This document shows, piece after piece, positions 29,368-39,024 of a stretch of DNA of 64,000 nt (the stretch's first letter is position 1; every line of letters begins with the position of its first letter). A program made the position numbers and the translations under genes. Source of the stretch: Candidatus Limnocylindrales bacterium (GTDB lineage Bacteria; Patescibacteriota; Microgenomatia; Levybacterales; UBA12049); contig DATLDE010000005.1 of assembly GCA_035526025.1 (NCBI GenBank), positions 32,192 through 96,191 on the forward strand, read 5' to 3'. The notes under the pieces were generated by a model, which ran no database searches, had not been told where the DNA came from, and saw nothing but the letters and a program-made list of their open reading frames with translations.

Positions 29368-30435
29368 CTAATCTGACTGCTTGGCGATGTTGAGAAGAAT
29401 TCCAACTGAGGCGAGGTTGAGAATAAGAGCCGAACCACCGTATGAAATAAAAGGAAGCGGCACTCCTGTTAGCGGCAGAAGAGCTGTCATTGCTCCCAGA
29501 TTAATAACTATCTGTATCCCTATAAAAGTGATGATTCCGGCTGCTAAGAGCTTTCCGAATGAATCTCGGCAATTTGCGGAAATCTTAAATCCACAATAAA
29601 TCAAAAATGCGAAAACAATGATAAGTGCTGTTGCACCAACAAATCCAAATTCTTCAGCAATTATGGGAAATATTGAGTCAGTCACATTTTCAGGAAGATA
29701 TGCGTATTTTTGGAGCGAATTTCCGATACCCAGACCCCATATTCCCCCAGATCCCAGCGCTATAAGAATTTGTTTTGTATGATATGAGGTATCTCGGAAA
29801 GAATTCCCAAGATTTAAAAAACTTGTAAGCCTACTCATCCTATATGGTTCAGCTTTTATCAATAAAAACCCCACAAATGCTGCTACCGGAGCACCGAGTA
29901 TAAAATGAAACATATTGCCTCCTGAAAAAAAGTACATTGCAACAGCTTCAAATAAAATAATAGACGCTGTTCCCATATCAGGCTGAAGCATTACCAATAG
30001 AATAACAGACCCAAGTAGCAGTGAAAACGCTAAAAATCTATTTTTTTCTTTTGTTGAAAACCACGCTGCAAGATATATAGCAAGAGCAAGTTTAACAAAT
30101 TCTGATGGCTGAAGCCTAAACCCAAAAATATTTATCCATCTCGCTGCACCCTTTGCTGAAGAACCCGCTCCGGGAATAAAAACCAATATCAGAAGAACTA
30201 ATGACACAATTAATAGGGGCAATGCTAAATTAAACAACTTTTTATAGTCAAAAAAATAAAAAAATGCTAGTCCTATGTATCCCAAAATAATCCAGAGGAC
30301 TTGATCTTTAAAATATCCATATTTGTCTCCGAACAATTCATACGCAATAACTGATGATGAATTGAAGATCATAAGAAGACCAAAAAAAGTAAGTGCGGTA
30401 ACAGTTCCCGCGAGCAGTATGTCGAACCGTTTCAT
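29368..30435 (-). CDS. ftsW: SEDS-family lipid II flippase/peptidoglycan polymerase FtsW
   Basis: SEDS motifs (ARWINIFGFRLQPSEFVKLAL; DSIFPIIAEEFGFVGA) in the dcw position between mraY and murG. The start was moved to ATG 30435 (MKRFDILLAG), which abuts the mraY stop. The track start at 30519 would overlap mraY by 85 nt. Confidence 0.85.
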   Translation of the reverse strand: MKRFDILLAGTVTALTFFGLLMIFNSSSVIAYELFGDKYGYFKDQVLWIILGYIGLAFFYFFDYKKLFNLALPLLIVSLVLLILVFIPGAGSSAKGAARWINIFGFRLQPSEFVKLALAIYLAAWFSTKEKNRFLAFSLLLGSVILLVMLQPDMGTASIILFEAVAMYFFSGGNMFHFILGAPVAAFVGFLLIKAEPYRMSRLTSFLNLGNSFRDTSYHTKQILIALGSGGIWGLGIGNSLQKYAYLPENVTDSIFPIIAEEFGFVGATALIIVFAFLIYCGFKISANCRDSFGKLLAAGIITFIGIQIVINLGAMTALLPLTGVPLPFISYGGSALILNLASVGILLNIAKQSD

Positions 30436-31439
30436 TAGATATTTGAAATGAAGATACCAAGAATAGCTAGAAAAAATCCAATTAGCCAAAGACGCATGAC
30501 GATTTTTGGCTCTTCCCAACCTCTTTGCTGAAGGTACAAATGCATAGGCGCTGCTGGTAAAATCCTACGCCCCAGATACTTCTTTCCCAACAGCTGTATA
30601 AGAGAAAAGCTAACTTCAACAACAAATATACCACCAATTATAATAAGTGCCAGAACTTTGCCGGTTAAAAGACCAGTGACAGCCAGAACCGCCCCGAGAG
30701 ATAGAGATCCTACGTCGCCAAGCCAAAGACGCGCTTTGTAAATATTAAAATATAAAAATGCGGTCAAAGTTCCTATCAAAACTGCGAGAAAAATTCCAAG
30801 TGATTCGTCAAGTGCTGCAGAATTAATAACTAAAAATGCCACAAGACATATCAGGAGAAGTCCTGAAGCTAGACCATCAAGCCCATCCGTAATATTAAAG
30901 GCGTTTACAAATGCCACAATAACAAACGCTGCAAAAGGTATGAATACAGCCCCTAAAAATAGTTTTCCTATTCCATGAATATAAACAAAATCATAATGAA
31001 GCTGTATATAAAATATAAAAGCTATTATAAACGCGAGTACCCACTGGATGATAATCTTGTGGCGAAATCTTAATCCAAACCAATTATTATTTGCTCCCAC
31101 CAACTTTTTAATATCATCATATAATCCCAATAATCCAAAACTAATAAATGCAAAGAACAAAACAAAAATTTCCCAAGGCAACACTTTTGTGTTAAAAATG
31201 CCGTAGGCCCAAAACGTACATATAGTTACAACTAATATTATGAGAATTCCTCCACCGAATGGAGTACCGACTTTCCATGAATTGAATTTATCAAAAAGAG
31301 GAGTTCTCTTATTGAACATATCTCGTGTTGCTTGGTGTGCTCTTCGTAATTTTATGCGATAAAGAAAGTCAATAAAAGGCACGATAAGTATGGCCGTTAC
31401 AAAAAATGAGGATATGATTAGCCCGAGTAGTCGCTCCAT
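30435..31439 (-). CDS. mraY: phospho-N-acetylmuramoyl-pentapeptide transferase MraY
   Basis: 334 aa with about 10 TM helices. Has MraY motifs (NAFNITDGLDGLA; PAAPMHLYLQQRGW). Confidence 0.9.
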   Translation of the reverse strand: MERLLGLIISSFFVTAILIVPFIDFLYRIKLRRAHQATRDMFNKRTPLFDKFNSWKVGTPFGGGILIILVVTICTFWAYGIFNTKVLPWEIFVLFFAFISFGLLGLYDDIKKLVGANNNWFGLRFRHKIIIQWVLAFIIAFIFYIQLHYDFVYIHGIGKLFLGAVFIPFAAFVIVAFVNAFNITDGLDGLASGLLLICLVAFLVINSAALDESLGIFLAVLIGTLTAFLYFNIYKARLWLGDVGSLSLGAVLAVTGLLTGKVLALIIIGGIFVVEVSFSLIQLLGKKYLGRRILPAAPMHLYLQQRGWEEPKIVMRLWLIGFFLAILGIFISNI

Positions 31440-31468
31440 GTAGATTAATTATAGCCATTTATTTTTAG

Positions 31469-32221
31469 TTAATCAACTAATTTTAGGAATATTTTTTCAG
31501 CTTCTTCTAATTCCTCTTTTGTATTTACGCCTCGCCAGGACATATTACCTTCTCTAAGAGTTTCCAGGACCTCATTATTTTTGATTGCTATATCAATCAA
31601 GCTTGTTAGGTAATATTCACCAGTTATTGGACTTTTTTGAATATGTCTAATGTATTTTTTAAGAAAACTGACCTTAACCATATAGCACGCTGGGTTAACT
31701 TCTGTAATTTTTCGAATTTTTTCAGTTGCATCTTTTTCCTCAACAATTGCAGTTACTTTCCCATTCTTACCTCTTACTATCCGTCCCAATCCAAAAGGAT
31801 TATCTGCATTAATAGTCAGGAAAGTAAGACTAGAATCAGATAAAAAATGCGCTTCGGACAACTTCGCAATCGTTTTCTCTTTATAAAAGTGAGAATCATC
31901 ACCTTGAATTATTAAAACATCTGTAATAGATTCATCAATTACAGGCATCGCTGCTTTAACGGCATTTGCTGTACCTAATCGCTTTTTTTGCTCAGCAAAA
32001 ACAATTTTCGAATCTTTCAAAACATCTTTTACAGATTCTTTTGCAAATCCAACAACTACAACTATTTGCTTAAATTCCATTTTTTCCAACAAATGAATAG
32101 AATGCAAGATCAAGGGTTTATCAGCAAGCAATAACGCCACTTTATTGGTTTTTCCGGACTTCATCCTTGTTCCACGGCCTGCAGCCAGAATTATCGCACC
32201 TAATTTTCTAATACTTTTCAT
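31469..32221 (-). CDS. sugar-1-phosphate nucleotidyltransferase (GlmU N-terminal-domain-like)
   Basis: 250 aa. LGAIILAAGRGTRMKS is the nucleotidyltransferase G-loop. It has no hexapeptide acetyltransferase domain. Confidence 0.7.
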   Translation of the reverse strand: MKSIRKLGAIILAAGRGTRMKSGKTNKVALLLADKPLILHSIHLLEKMEFKQIVVVVGFAKESVKDVLKDSKIVFAEQKKRLGTANAVKAAMPVIDESITDVLIIQGDDSHFYKEKTIAKLSEAHFLSDSSLTFLTINADNPFGLGRIVRGKNGKVTAIVEEKDATEKIRKITEVNPACYMVKVSFLKKYIRHIQKSPITGEYYLTSLIDIAIKNNEVLETLREGNMSWRGVNTKEELEEAEKIFLKLVD

Positions 32222-32223
32222 AC

Positions 32224-33552
32224 TTATTCCTCAGTTACTCTTTGTATGTTTGCGCCAAGTGTTGCTAATCTTTTCTCAAAACTCTCATATCCCCGATCCA
32301 ATTTTTCAATTCCGAAAATTATCGAAGTTCCTCTTGCTACCAATGCAGCCAATACTACAGCTGCTCCCGCTCTTATGTCAAGAGTTGTCATAATTGCGTT
32401 ATGGAGCTTTTTGGGACCGATTATTTTAACAGCATGATAATTCTCAGGAGTGTCATCTTCCAGATTAAAATTATAAGTTTTCTGAGGATCATTAATTTCA
32501 GGATTAAATAATTTTGCTTTTGCACCCATTCTTTTTAAATCTTTTATGTATCCCAACTTGCTCTCAAATACCGTTTCATGAATAATTGACTCCCCATCAG
32601 CCTGTGTCATAAGTACTCCCCATAAAGCCTGCCAGTCCGTAAGAAATCCTGGATGTATTCCAGTTGTGATATCAACAGATTTCAATTTACCATTGGCAAA
32701 AAAACGCATTCCGTTTTCTTTTTTTTCGATGCCAGCTCCGGTTTCTTCAAGCTTTTCAAGAAAAGGTCCAATAGCTGTTTTGTCTGCATCTTTTATGAAA
32801 ATATCTCCTCCTGTTATAATCGCAGCAATTGCAAATGTAGCAACTTCGATTCTGTCTGGACTTATGGTGAATTCCGCACCATGTAATTTATTTACACCAA
32901 TAATTGTGATTTGTCGATCTCCAGTTCTTTTAACTTTTGCCCCCATTAAATTTAATAATAAAATAACATCATCTATTTCTGGCTCTTCCGCCGCGTTATT
33001 CAATATTGTTGTGCCTGATGCCAAGACCGCTGCTAAAATCATGGTTTCCGTTCCCGTGTGTGTGTTCTTTTGAAACGTATAATCAACTCCTTTTAATCCG
33101 CTAGTTTTTGCATGGAAATAGCCATCTTCACTATGATATATAACATCCACATCCATCAATTTAATTCCATCAATTGTTCTGTCAATCGGCCTTGCTCCCA
33201 AACGGCATCCCCCAGGATTTGGAATTATTGCCTCGTGAACCCTTGCAAGTAATGGTGCAATAAACATAGATGATGTTCTGGCAAGAACAGCTTTATCAAG
33301 AGGTATTGAGAAACCTGAAATCTTTTTCATTTGAACAGTGACTGTATGACCTTTAAGGATTACAGAAGCTCCTAAGTCCTTCATAATATCCATCATTACG
33401 AAGAAGTCTGAAATTAGCGGCACATTATGGATTACAACCTTTTCATCAGTCAAGCATGCAGCTACAAGTGTTTTTAAGGCAGCATTTTTTGCACCGGTTA
33501 CACTTATTTTTCCGATTAATTTATTTCCCCCTTTAATTACAAACTTTTCCAT
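32224..33552 (-). CDS. murA: UDP-N-acetylglucosamine 1-carboxyvinyltransferase MurA
   Basis: MEKFVIKGGNKLIGKISVTGAKNAALK is the MurA N-terminus, and the catalytic Cys lies in the PNPGGCRLGARPIDR loop. Confidence 0.92.
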   Translation of the reverse strand: MEKFVIKGGNKLIGKISVTGAKNAALKTLVAACLTDEKVVIHNVPLISDFFVMMDIMKDLGASVILKGHTVTVQMKKISGFSIPLDKAVLARTSSMFIAPLLARVHEAIIPNPGGCRLGARPIDRTIDGIKLMDVDVIYHSEDGYFHAKTSGLKGVDYTFQKNTHTGTETMILAAVLASGTTILNNAAEEPEIDDVILLLNLMGAKVKRTGDRQITIIGVNKLHGAEFTISPDRIEVATFAIAAIITGGDIFIKDADKTAIGPFLEKLEETGAGIEKKENGMRFFANGKLKSVDITTGIHPGFLTDWQALWGVLMTQADGESIIHETVFESKLGYIKDLKRMGAKAKLFNPEINDPQKTYNFNLEDDTPENYHAVKIIGPKKLHNAIMTTLDIRAGAAVVLAALVARGTSIIFGIEKLDRGYESFEKRLATLGANIQRVTEE

Positions 33553-34968
33553 CTATTCAAACCTCAATTGCGAGTGTAATTTATATACATCCCCTGCTCC
33601 CATAGTCACTATGACACTGTCAGACCTAAATCTCTTTTCGTTCAAGTATTTTACCACATCAGTTAGCGTTGCCATATACTTCACATCCTTATGAACATTT
33701 CTCAGTCTATCAGTGAGAACTACTGATGAAATGCTAAGATCTGGCTTTTCTCTAAGGGACGGATATATATCACAGACAATTATTTGATCTACAGAGCTGA
33801 ATGAGCTAATAAATTCTTCGAACAATTTCTTTGTTCGTGAGTATGTATGTGGTTGAAATATTGCAATTAATTTTTTTTTCGGGTACTGATGCCTTAATGC
33901 TTTTAAAGTTTTTTTAATTTCTGTTGGATGATGAGCATAATCATCATACACGCTTGCACCAGTCGACAGATGTCCAATAAATTCCAATCTTCTTTTGGAT
34001 CCGGAAAACGCGCGCAATCCTTTTTTTATTTTTTCAATAGAAATTCCCATTTCTATACATGCTATTATTGATGCTTGGGCATTTAAGGCATTATGCTCAC
34101 CAACAGCTTTAACCATAAATTCACCTATTACAGTTCCATATGAACTTACTGAAATGAACATATGATCTCCAGAGAAATGAACATTTTCCAGAATGTAATT
34201 ATTATCTTTATTAAATCCATATGTGATGAATTTACATTTTGATTCAGTTAACAACTTTTTAACTTCAGGGTCATCACCACAGCAAATTAGTATTGAGTTT
34301 TTTTCCAGTCGATTAACAAAAACAATAAATTCATCCCGAATATCTTCGATTGATGCATATACATCCGGATGATCAAATTCGATATTTGTGATAACTAAAA
34401 TTTTGGGAAATTGCCACAAAAATTTTGCTTTCTTGTTAAAACGCGGTTCAGTTGCGTATTCATCTGCCTCTGCAATAAAATATTTTCCTGATCCCAGATG
34501 CCCTGGCGCACCAAGTGAGGGAATGTCACTAGTTCCGATTAAATATGATGGGTCCATTTTATTTACTTTTAAAATTGTCGCAAGTATAGCGCTTGTGGTA
34601 GTCTTCCCATGTGTTCCGGCAACTGAAACTCCTGTAAACATTTTACCAAAAATCTCACCTGTCATAAACATTCCTACAGCTTCCCCCTGTGTTATAACTT
34701 TAATTTTTTTATCCGCTGCTGTAATTGCTTCAATGTTTTCATATCCACCATGAGCTCCGGTTATAATTACCAGATCTTGATTTTGGATATTTTCTTTTGA
34801 GAATAATTTAATATCTTTTATTCCAGCATCTTTTAGAGGTTTGTCTGTTATGAATTCATCAATCACATCTGACCCTGAAACAATAAAACCTGCTTCTTTG
34901 GCGATAATAGCAAGAGGTGTCATGCCAACGCCCTTTATTCCTACAAAATGAATTTTTAATTTTTTCAT
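33553..34968 (-). CDS. murC: UDP-N-acetylmuramate--L-alanine ligase MurC
   Basis: IHFVGIKGVGMTPLAIIAKEAGFIVSGSD is the MurC N-terminal domain. Has the Mur ligase P-loop GTHGKTTT and the DDYAHHPTEI motif. Confidence 0.9.
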   Translation of the reverse strand: MKKLKIHFVGIKGVGMTPLAIIAKEAGFIVSGSDVIDEFITDKPLKDAGIKDIKLFSKENIQNQDLVIITGAHGGYENIEAITAADKKIKVITQGEAVGMFMTGEIFGKMFTGVSVAGTHGKTTTSAILATILKVNKMDPSYLIGTSDIPSLGAPGHLGSGKYFIAEADEYATEPRFNKKAKFLWQFPKILVITNIEFDHPDVYASIEDIRDEFIVFVNRLEKNSILICCGDDPEVKKLLTESKCKFITYGFNKDNNYILENVHFSGDHMFISVSSYGTVIGEFMVKAVGEHNALNAQASIIACIEMGISIEKIKKGLRAFSGSKRRLEFIGHLSTGASVYDDYAHHPTEIKKTLKALRHQYPKKKLIAIFQPHTYSRTKKLFEEFISSFSSVDQIIVCDIYPSLREKPDLSISSVVLTDRLRNVHKDVKYMATLTDVVKYLNEKRFRSDSVIVTMGAGDVYKLHSQLRFE

Positions 34969-35612
34969 ACCATACTTATCACGGTTGCAAATCTGTCATA
35001 TTTGTCGCCACGTCTATACGAATATAATAACTCGCTGTTACACTTAGTACACAGATCTATATCTTCTATGTTTTCTTGGATTATTCCCTCGTCTAATAAC
35101 ATTTGTTGTGCAATTTTTCGAAGATCCAAAAGCCTGCCATTTACTTCATAGCATTTTTTTTCAATACCTGGCCCTATTCCTACAAAAATATTTTTTGAAT
35201 CGCTTTTAAATTCTTTTTTAAATTTTTCGATTGTGTTTTTTATTATTCCCTTGAGTAATCCTTTCCTACCTGCATGGGCAACACCTATGACTTGATTTAT
35301 AGGGTCAAAAAATAGAATTGGCAGACAATCGGCAGTTACAACGCAAAGTGAAATATTTTTCTTAGCTGTTACCAATCCATCCGTATTCTCAATTAATAAT
35401 TTATCAAAATTGTTTACAACTTCTACATTTCCACTGTGAATTTGATTCATACAAATCGCTGAGTCGGGCAATTTCACGTGCTTTAAAAACTTTGTAAGAT
35501 TTTCCCGGTTAATCAAGTTATCATCGTTTTTTATAGTCCCAAACTTTTTAGTTGAGATAGCATGGGAAATGTTTTTGAAATGTGAAAAAACTTTAAATTT
35601 ATAAATATCCAT
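34965..35612 (-). CDS. pgeF: YfiH/PgeF (DUF152) purine nucleoside phosphorylase / peptidoglycan editing factor family
   Basis: HSGNVEVV...CVVTADCLPILFFDP...GVAHAGRKG are the DUF152 catalytic His/Cys/His motifs. Confidence 0.8.
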   Translation of the reverse strand: MDIYKFKVFSHFKNISHAISTKKFGTIKNDDNLINRENLTKFLKHVKLPDSAICMNQIHSGNVEVVNNFDKLLIENTDGLVTAKKNISLCVVTADCLPILFFDPINQVIGVAHAGRKGLLKGIIKNTIEKFKKEFKSDSKNIFVGIGPGIEKKCYEVNGRLLDLRKIAQQMLLDEGIIQENIEDIDLCTKCNSELLYSYRRGDKYDRFATVISMV

Positions 35613-35631
35613 GATTCTTACTTCTTTATTC

Positions 35632-36873
35632 CTACTTCTTAATTCTTTTATTTATTGCTTCCAACGCTACCTGCTTCTCATCCCACGGCTCTTCTCCTTG
35701 TCCATAATTTATTGATTTTTCATGTCCTTTTCCGGTGAGTATAATCACATCTCCCTTTGTGGCAAGAGAAACTGCAAATTCGATTGCGTCTCTTCTATTT
35801 GGAATTGATATTATATATTTATTTTTTGAATCCAGATATACTTCAGAATTTTTGACTGCAAGATAATTAACAATTCCGAATTCAGGACTTTTGATGCCTG
35901 AAATAATTTCGCTGTTAATTTCTTCTACTGTCTCGTTTCTTGGGTCTTCTGCGGTTAAAATCATAATGTCGCTAAAATCAGATGAAATCTTGCCCATCTC
36001 TGACCTCTTGTACTTATCTCTTTTTCCTGCTGCACCAAATACATGAATAAGTTTATTTTTTGTGATTTTTTTAGCTTCTGGAAGGATAACTGAAAAAGAA
36101 TTTGGAGTATGGGCAAAATCATTAATCACGAGGAATTCCTTATCATAAACTATTTCCTGCCTACCTGATGGTGCTACAAAACTCGCAACTCCTTTTCGGA
36201 TTTCATCATCAGGTATATTGAGCTGCTTCAATACAGCTATGGCAGCAAGAGAATTATAAGCATTAAATTTTCCAAGAAGCTTTGTTTTAAATGTAAAATT
36301 ATGTGGATTTATTTTTGCATCATTTTTAAAACCATAGGTTATTATTTTTTTATTTCTTAATATTTTTTTCATCAACACATATGACTTATCATCTTTATTG
36401 AGAATTGCAATCTTTGCGCTTTTTAACAATCTTGATTTGGCTAGAGCGTATTTTTCATAAGTTTTGTGATAATCAAGATGCTCATTTGTTATATTTGTCA
36501 GAACTCCTACCTCAATTGGTATTCCATAAGCTCTGTATTGATCAAGTGCGTGTGATGTGATTTCCAGAACTACATATTCGACACCCAATTTTTTTGATTT
36601 TTTTAGATATGATTGAAGCGCAAATCTACCAGGAGTTGTAACGTGGAAACCTATATCAGATTCTTTATTGCTTATTATTGCCCCAACTGAGGAAATAAGT
36701 GAAGCCTTATACCCTGCTTTATTTAAAACATGATAAATAAGACTTGCTGTAGTTGTCTTACCATCAGTTCCTGTGACACCAATCACTTTTAGTTTTCTTG
36801 CCGGGAACCAATACATGATGTTGGCAAGCAATGCTTGAGATAAATGATATTGATTTTTTGCAGTTTGCCACAT
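35632..36873 (-). CDS. murE: UDP-MurNAc-L-Ala-D-Glu--2,6-diaminopimelate (or L-Lys) ligase MurE with reduced N-terminal domain
   Basis: Mur ligase P-loop GVTGTDGKTTT, GRQEIV...VINDFAHTPNSF (the MurE-type DxAHTPDAL box) and a C-terminal domain. Only about 30 aa precede the P-loop. Confidence 0.7.
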   Translation of the reverse strand: MWQTAKNQYHLSQALLANIMYWFPARKLKVIGVTGTDGKTTTASLIYHVLNKAGYKASLISSVGAIISNKESDIGFHVTTPGRFALQSYLKKSKKLGVEYVVLEITSHALDQYRAYGIPIEVGVLTNITNEHLDYHKTYEKYALAKSRLLKSAKIAILNKDDKSYVLMKKILRNKKIITYGFKNDAKINPHNFTFKTKLLGKFNAYNSLAAIAVLKQLNIPDDEIRKGVASFVAPSGRQEIVYDKEFLVINDFAHTPNSFSVILPEAKKITKNKLIHVFGAAGKRDKYKRSEMGKISSDFSDIMILTAEDPRNETVEEINSEIISGIKSPEFGIVNYLAVKNSEVYLDSKNKYIISIPNRRDAIEFAVSLATKGDVIILTGKGHEKSINYGQGEEPWDEKQVALEAINKRIKK

Positions 36874-36874
36874 A

Positions 36875-37453
36875 TTATCTTATATAACGATGAATAAATT
36901 CCTGTATCAATCCATAATTTTGATAATACAAATATATATTTAAAAGAATAAGCCCTGGAAATATTACTAATTTTTCAATATATCCTCCAGTCAGAATTCT
37001 AAAATGCCGGATTGGGGGCAAACCGAACTTAACAGGTATAGGTAAGAGCCATGGTACGCCCTCTTTGGTAAAAGTATCCATAACAAGATGTGAGAAAAAA
37101 CCAATCATAAACGCTGACCATATGATATCCATATTTAGAGATGGGAAGCTAGGTTTTAAAACTTCTTGCAAAAAACGAAATCCTGCTCCAAAAATTACAA
37201 TCCCTATAACTGAATGAGAGAGAAACCTATGCCCTCCTAAGATTTTTCCGAAAAATCGGCCAAACATTCCCCCAATTGGAAGATTACGCCAAAAAGGAGC
37301 AGTAGATTGATCGACATCAGGCGCTATACCTCCTATCATATTTGCAATGAGAGCAACAAGGGCCGTGGCAAGGGTAATTTTTGGGAGAGGATTACTTACG
37401 ATTACTACTCCCATCGCAGTAAATGCTGCCAGATCATGAGTTCTTCCTGTCAT
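36875..37453 (-). CDS. membrane-bound metal-dependent hydrolase, DUF457/YdjM-like
   Basis: 192 aa. MTGRTHDLAAFTAMGVV..., four TM segments and conserved His/Asp residues. Confidence 0.5.
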   Translation of the reverse strand: MTGRTHDLAAFTAMGVVIVSNPLPKITLATALVALIANMIGGIAPDVDQSTAPFWRNLPIGGMFGRFFGKILGGHRFLSHSVIGIVIFGAGFRFLQEVLKPSFPSLNMDIIWSAFMIGFFSHLVMDTFTKEGVPWLLPIPVKFGLPPIRHFRILTGGYIEKLVIFPGLILLNIYLYYQNYGLIQEFIHRYIR

Positions 37454-37549
37454 AATTTATCCCAATCCTGAGCTAGTCGAAGGATCGTGGACTATAAGTA
37501 TATCAAAAATAGAGCACACAATACCAAAATTTATGTTAAAATAATTATT

Positions 37550-37885
37550 ATGAAACCGATAATAAACTACGAAGATTTTTCAAAGCTGGATATACGTGTT
37601 GGAACTGTAATTGACTGTATTGAGAAAGAAGGATCGGATAAGCTTCTCAGGCTTACAGTTGACTTTGGCGAAGAAGGAACTCGAAATATCCTTTCTGGAA
37701 TAAAGCAATGGTACAAGCCTACTGACCTCATAGACAAACAATTCGTATTTGTTTTCAACCTTGCACCAAGAAAAATAATGGGAGAAGAATCTGAGGGAAT
37801 GATATTGGCAGCTGATGGTAAAAATGGCAAACCACAGCCCCTTAAACCTAAATCAAAAGCTCCCAATGGTTCCGCGATTTTATAA
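37550..37885 (+). CDS. csaA: tRNA-binding domain protein (CsaA/Trbp111/MetRS C-terminal OB-fold-like)
   Basis: IINYEDFSKLDIRVGTVIDCIEKEGSDKLLRLTVDFGEEGTRNILSGIKQWYKPTDLIDKQFVFVFNLAPRKIMGEESEGMILAADG is a canonical tRNA_bind domain. Start taken at ATG 37550 (MKPIINYE). The track ORF begins at 37487. Confidence 0.75.
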   Translation: MKPIINYEDFSKLDIRVGTVIDCIEKEGSDKLLRLTVDFGEEGTRNILSGIKQWYKPTDLIDKQFVFVFNLAPRKIMGEESEGMILAADGKNGKPQPLKPKSKAPNGSAIL

Positions 37886-37931
37886 ACTATATTGTTGATT
37901 TTTATGCAATTTTAGTATAAACTCTCGTCTT

Positions 37932-39005
37932 ATGAGACTTGAGAATAGATATAATTTAAATTCTCACATTGAAAATAAACTGCGTCCACCACACTCACCT
38001 GACGTAAGAAAATATACAATTTTTGATTTTAGGCAAGTTGGAAGCAAAGAAAAACAACCATTTGTAAACCTACTTCCAGGAAAAGTTACATTTTGGCCTG
38101 AAGATCACTCTGTTATTGTACAAGGAGATAAACGGTCGCTAAGACCTAAGGAGCAAGCTTTATTACGCCAATTGCTAGAACAACCCAATTGCATAATTTC
38201 CTCTGAGGAATTAAGTGGAAAAATCTGGCCCAATAGACCATATAGGCCAACGCAGTTACCACTGCTAGCGCTACAGTTGCGAAGAAAAATTGAGCCAACT
38301 CCAAAAAAACCAGTTATCATTCAAACGGTTAAAGGGGAAGGTTATAGATTTGGCGATAAACGTGAAACTAGAACAGAAGTTGAAATAAAAATTGCAAAAG
38401 ACATCGTCTATCTGCCCGATCAAAGAAAAATTGTGGTAAATGGAAAAGAAAAAAAATTGTCAAAGCCTCAAGATGCATTTTTAGAAATGCTCATCGAAAA
38501 AAATCATGAATCTGTCTCCGGTGAAGAAATATACGATCATGCATGGCCGAGTGAACAATATAGCTTAGTCCGGCTATCAACGCTTGTTAGAAGTTTACGT
38601 GAAAAATTAGAACCAGATCCGCTCAAACCAACAATTATTCTAAGGGTTCGAGGAGAGGGCTATAAACTCGCTGATTTAGATTCGTCTAAAGAAAAAGAGC
38701 TAGAGCTTGCAGTAGGTAAATTAAGATATTCTCATGGACAAAGAAATATTACTTTAGGTAAAGATGTAGTCGTACTAACAGAGAGGGAGCATTCAGTACT
38801 ACTGGCATTCTGCGCAAGTCCAGGCGAAATAATGACTCGCGATGAATTAAAAAGAAGAGCTTGGGGAGATGACTCAAATGTTCAAATAGTAAACGTCAAT
38901 AATTATGTGACGAAAATAAGAAATAAATTAGGCAAAGATTCGATTAGAAAACATTTTGGAATAGGATATAGCCTCAATCTAGCTGAAGGTTTTGATAATA
39001 AATAG
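37932..39005 (+). CDS. DNA-binding protein composed of three tandem OmpR/PhoB-type winged-helix (Trans_reg_C) domains, with no receiver domain
   Basis: Three repeats of about 90 aa, each ending in the wHTH wing signature: ...ISSEELSGKIWPNRPY...LALQLRRKIE...IIQTVKGEGYRFGD; ...VSGEEIYDHAWPSEQY...LVRSLREKLE...IILRVRGEGYKLAD; ...MTRDELKRRAWGDDSNVQIVNVNNYVTKIRNKLG...IRKHFGIGYSLNL. Confidence 0.7.
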   Translation: MRLENRYNLNSHIENKLRPPHSPDVRKYTIFDFRQVGSKEKQPFVNLLPGKVTFWPEDHSVIVQGDKRSLRPKEQALLRQLLEQPNCIISSEELSGKIWPNRPYRPTQLPLLALQLRRKIEPTPKKPVIIQTVKGEGYRFGDKRETRTEVEIKIAKDIVYLPDQRKIVVNGKEKKLSKPQDAFLEMLIEKNHESVSGEEIYDHAWPSEQYSLVRLSTLVRSLREKLEPDPLKPTIILRVRGEGYKLADLDSSKEKELELAVGKLRYSHGQRNITLGKDVVVLTEREHSVLLAFCASPGEIMTRDELKRRAWGDDSNVQIVNVNNYVTKIRNKLGKDSIRKHFGIGYSLNLAEGFDNK

Positions 39006-39024
39006 CTTGAACCGCAACATAGCT

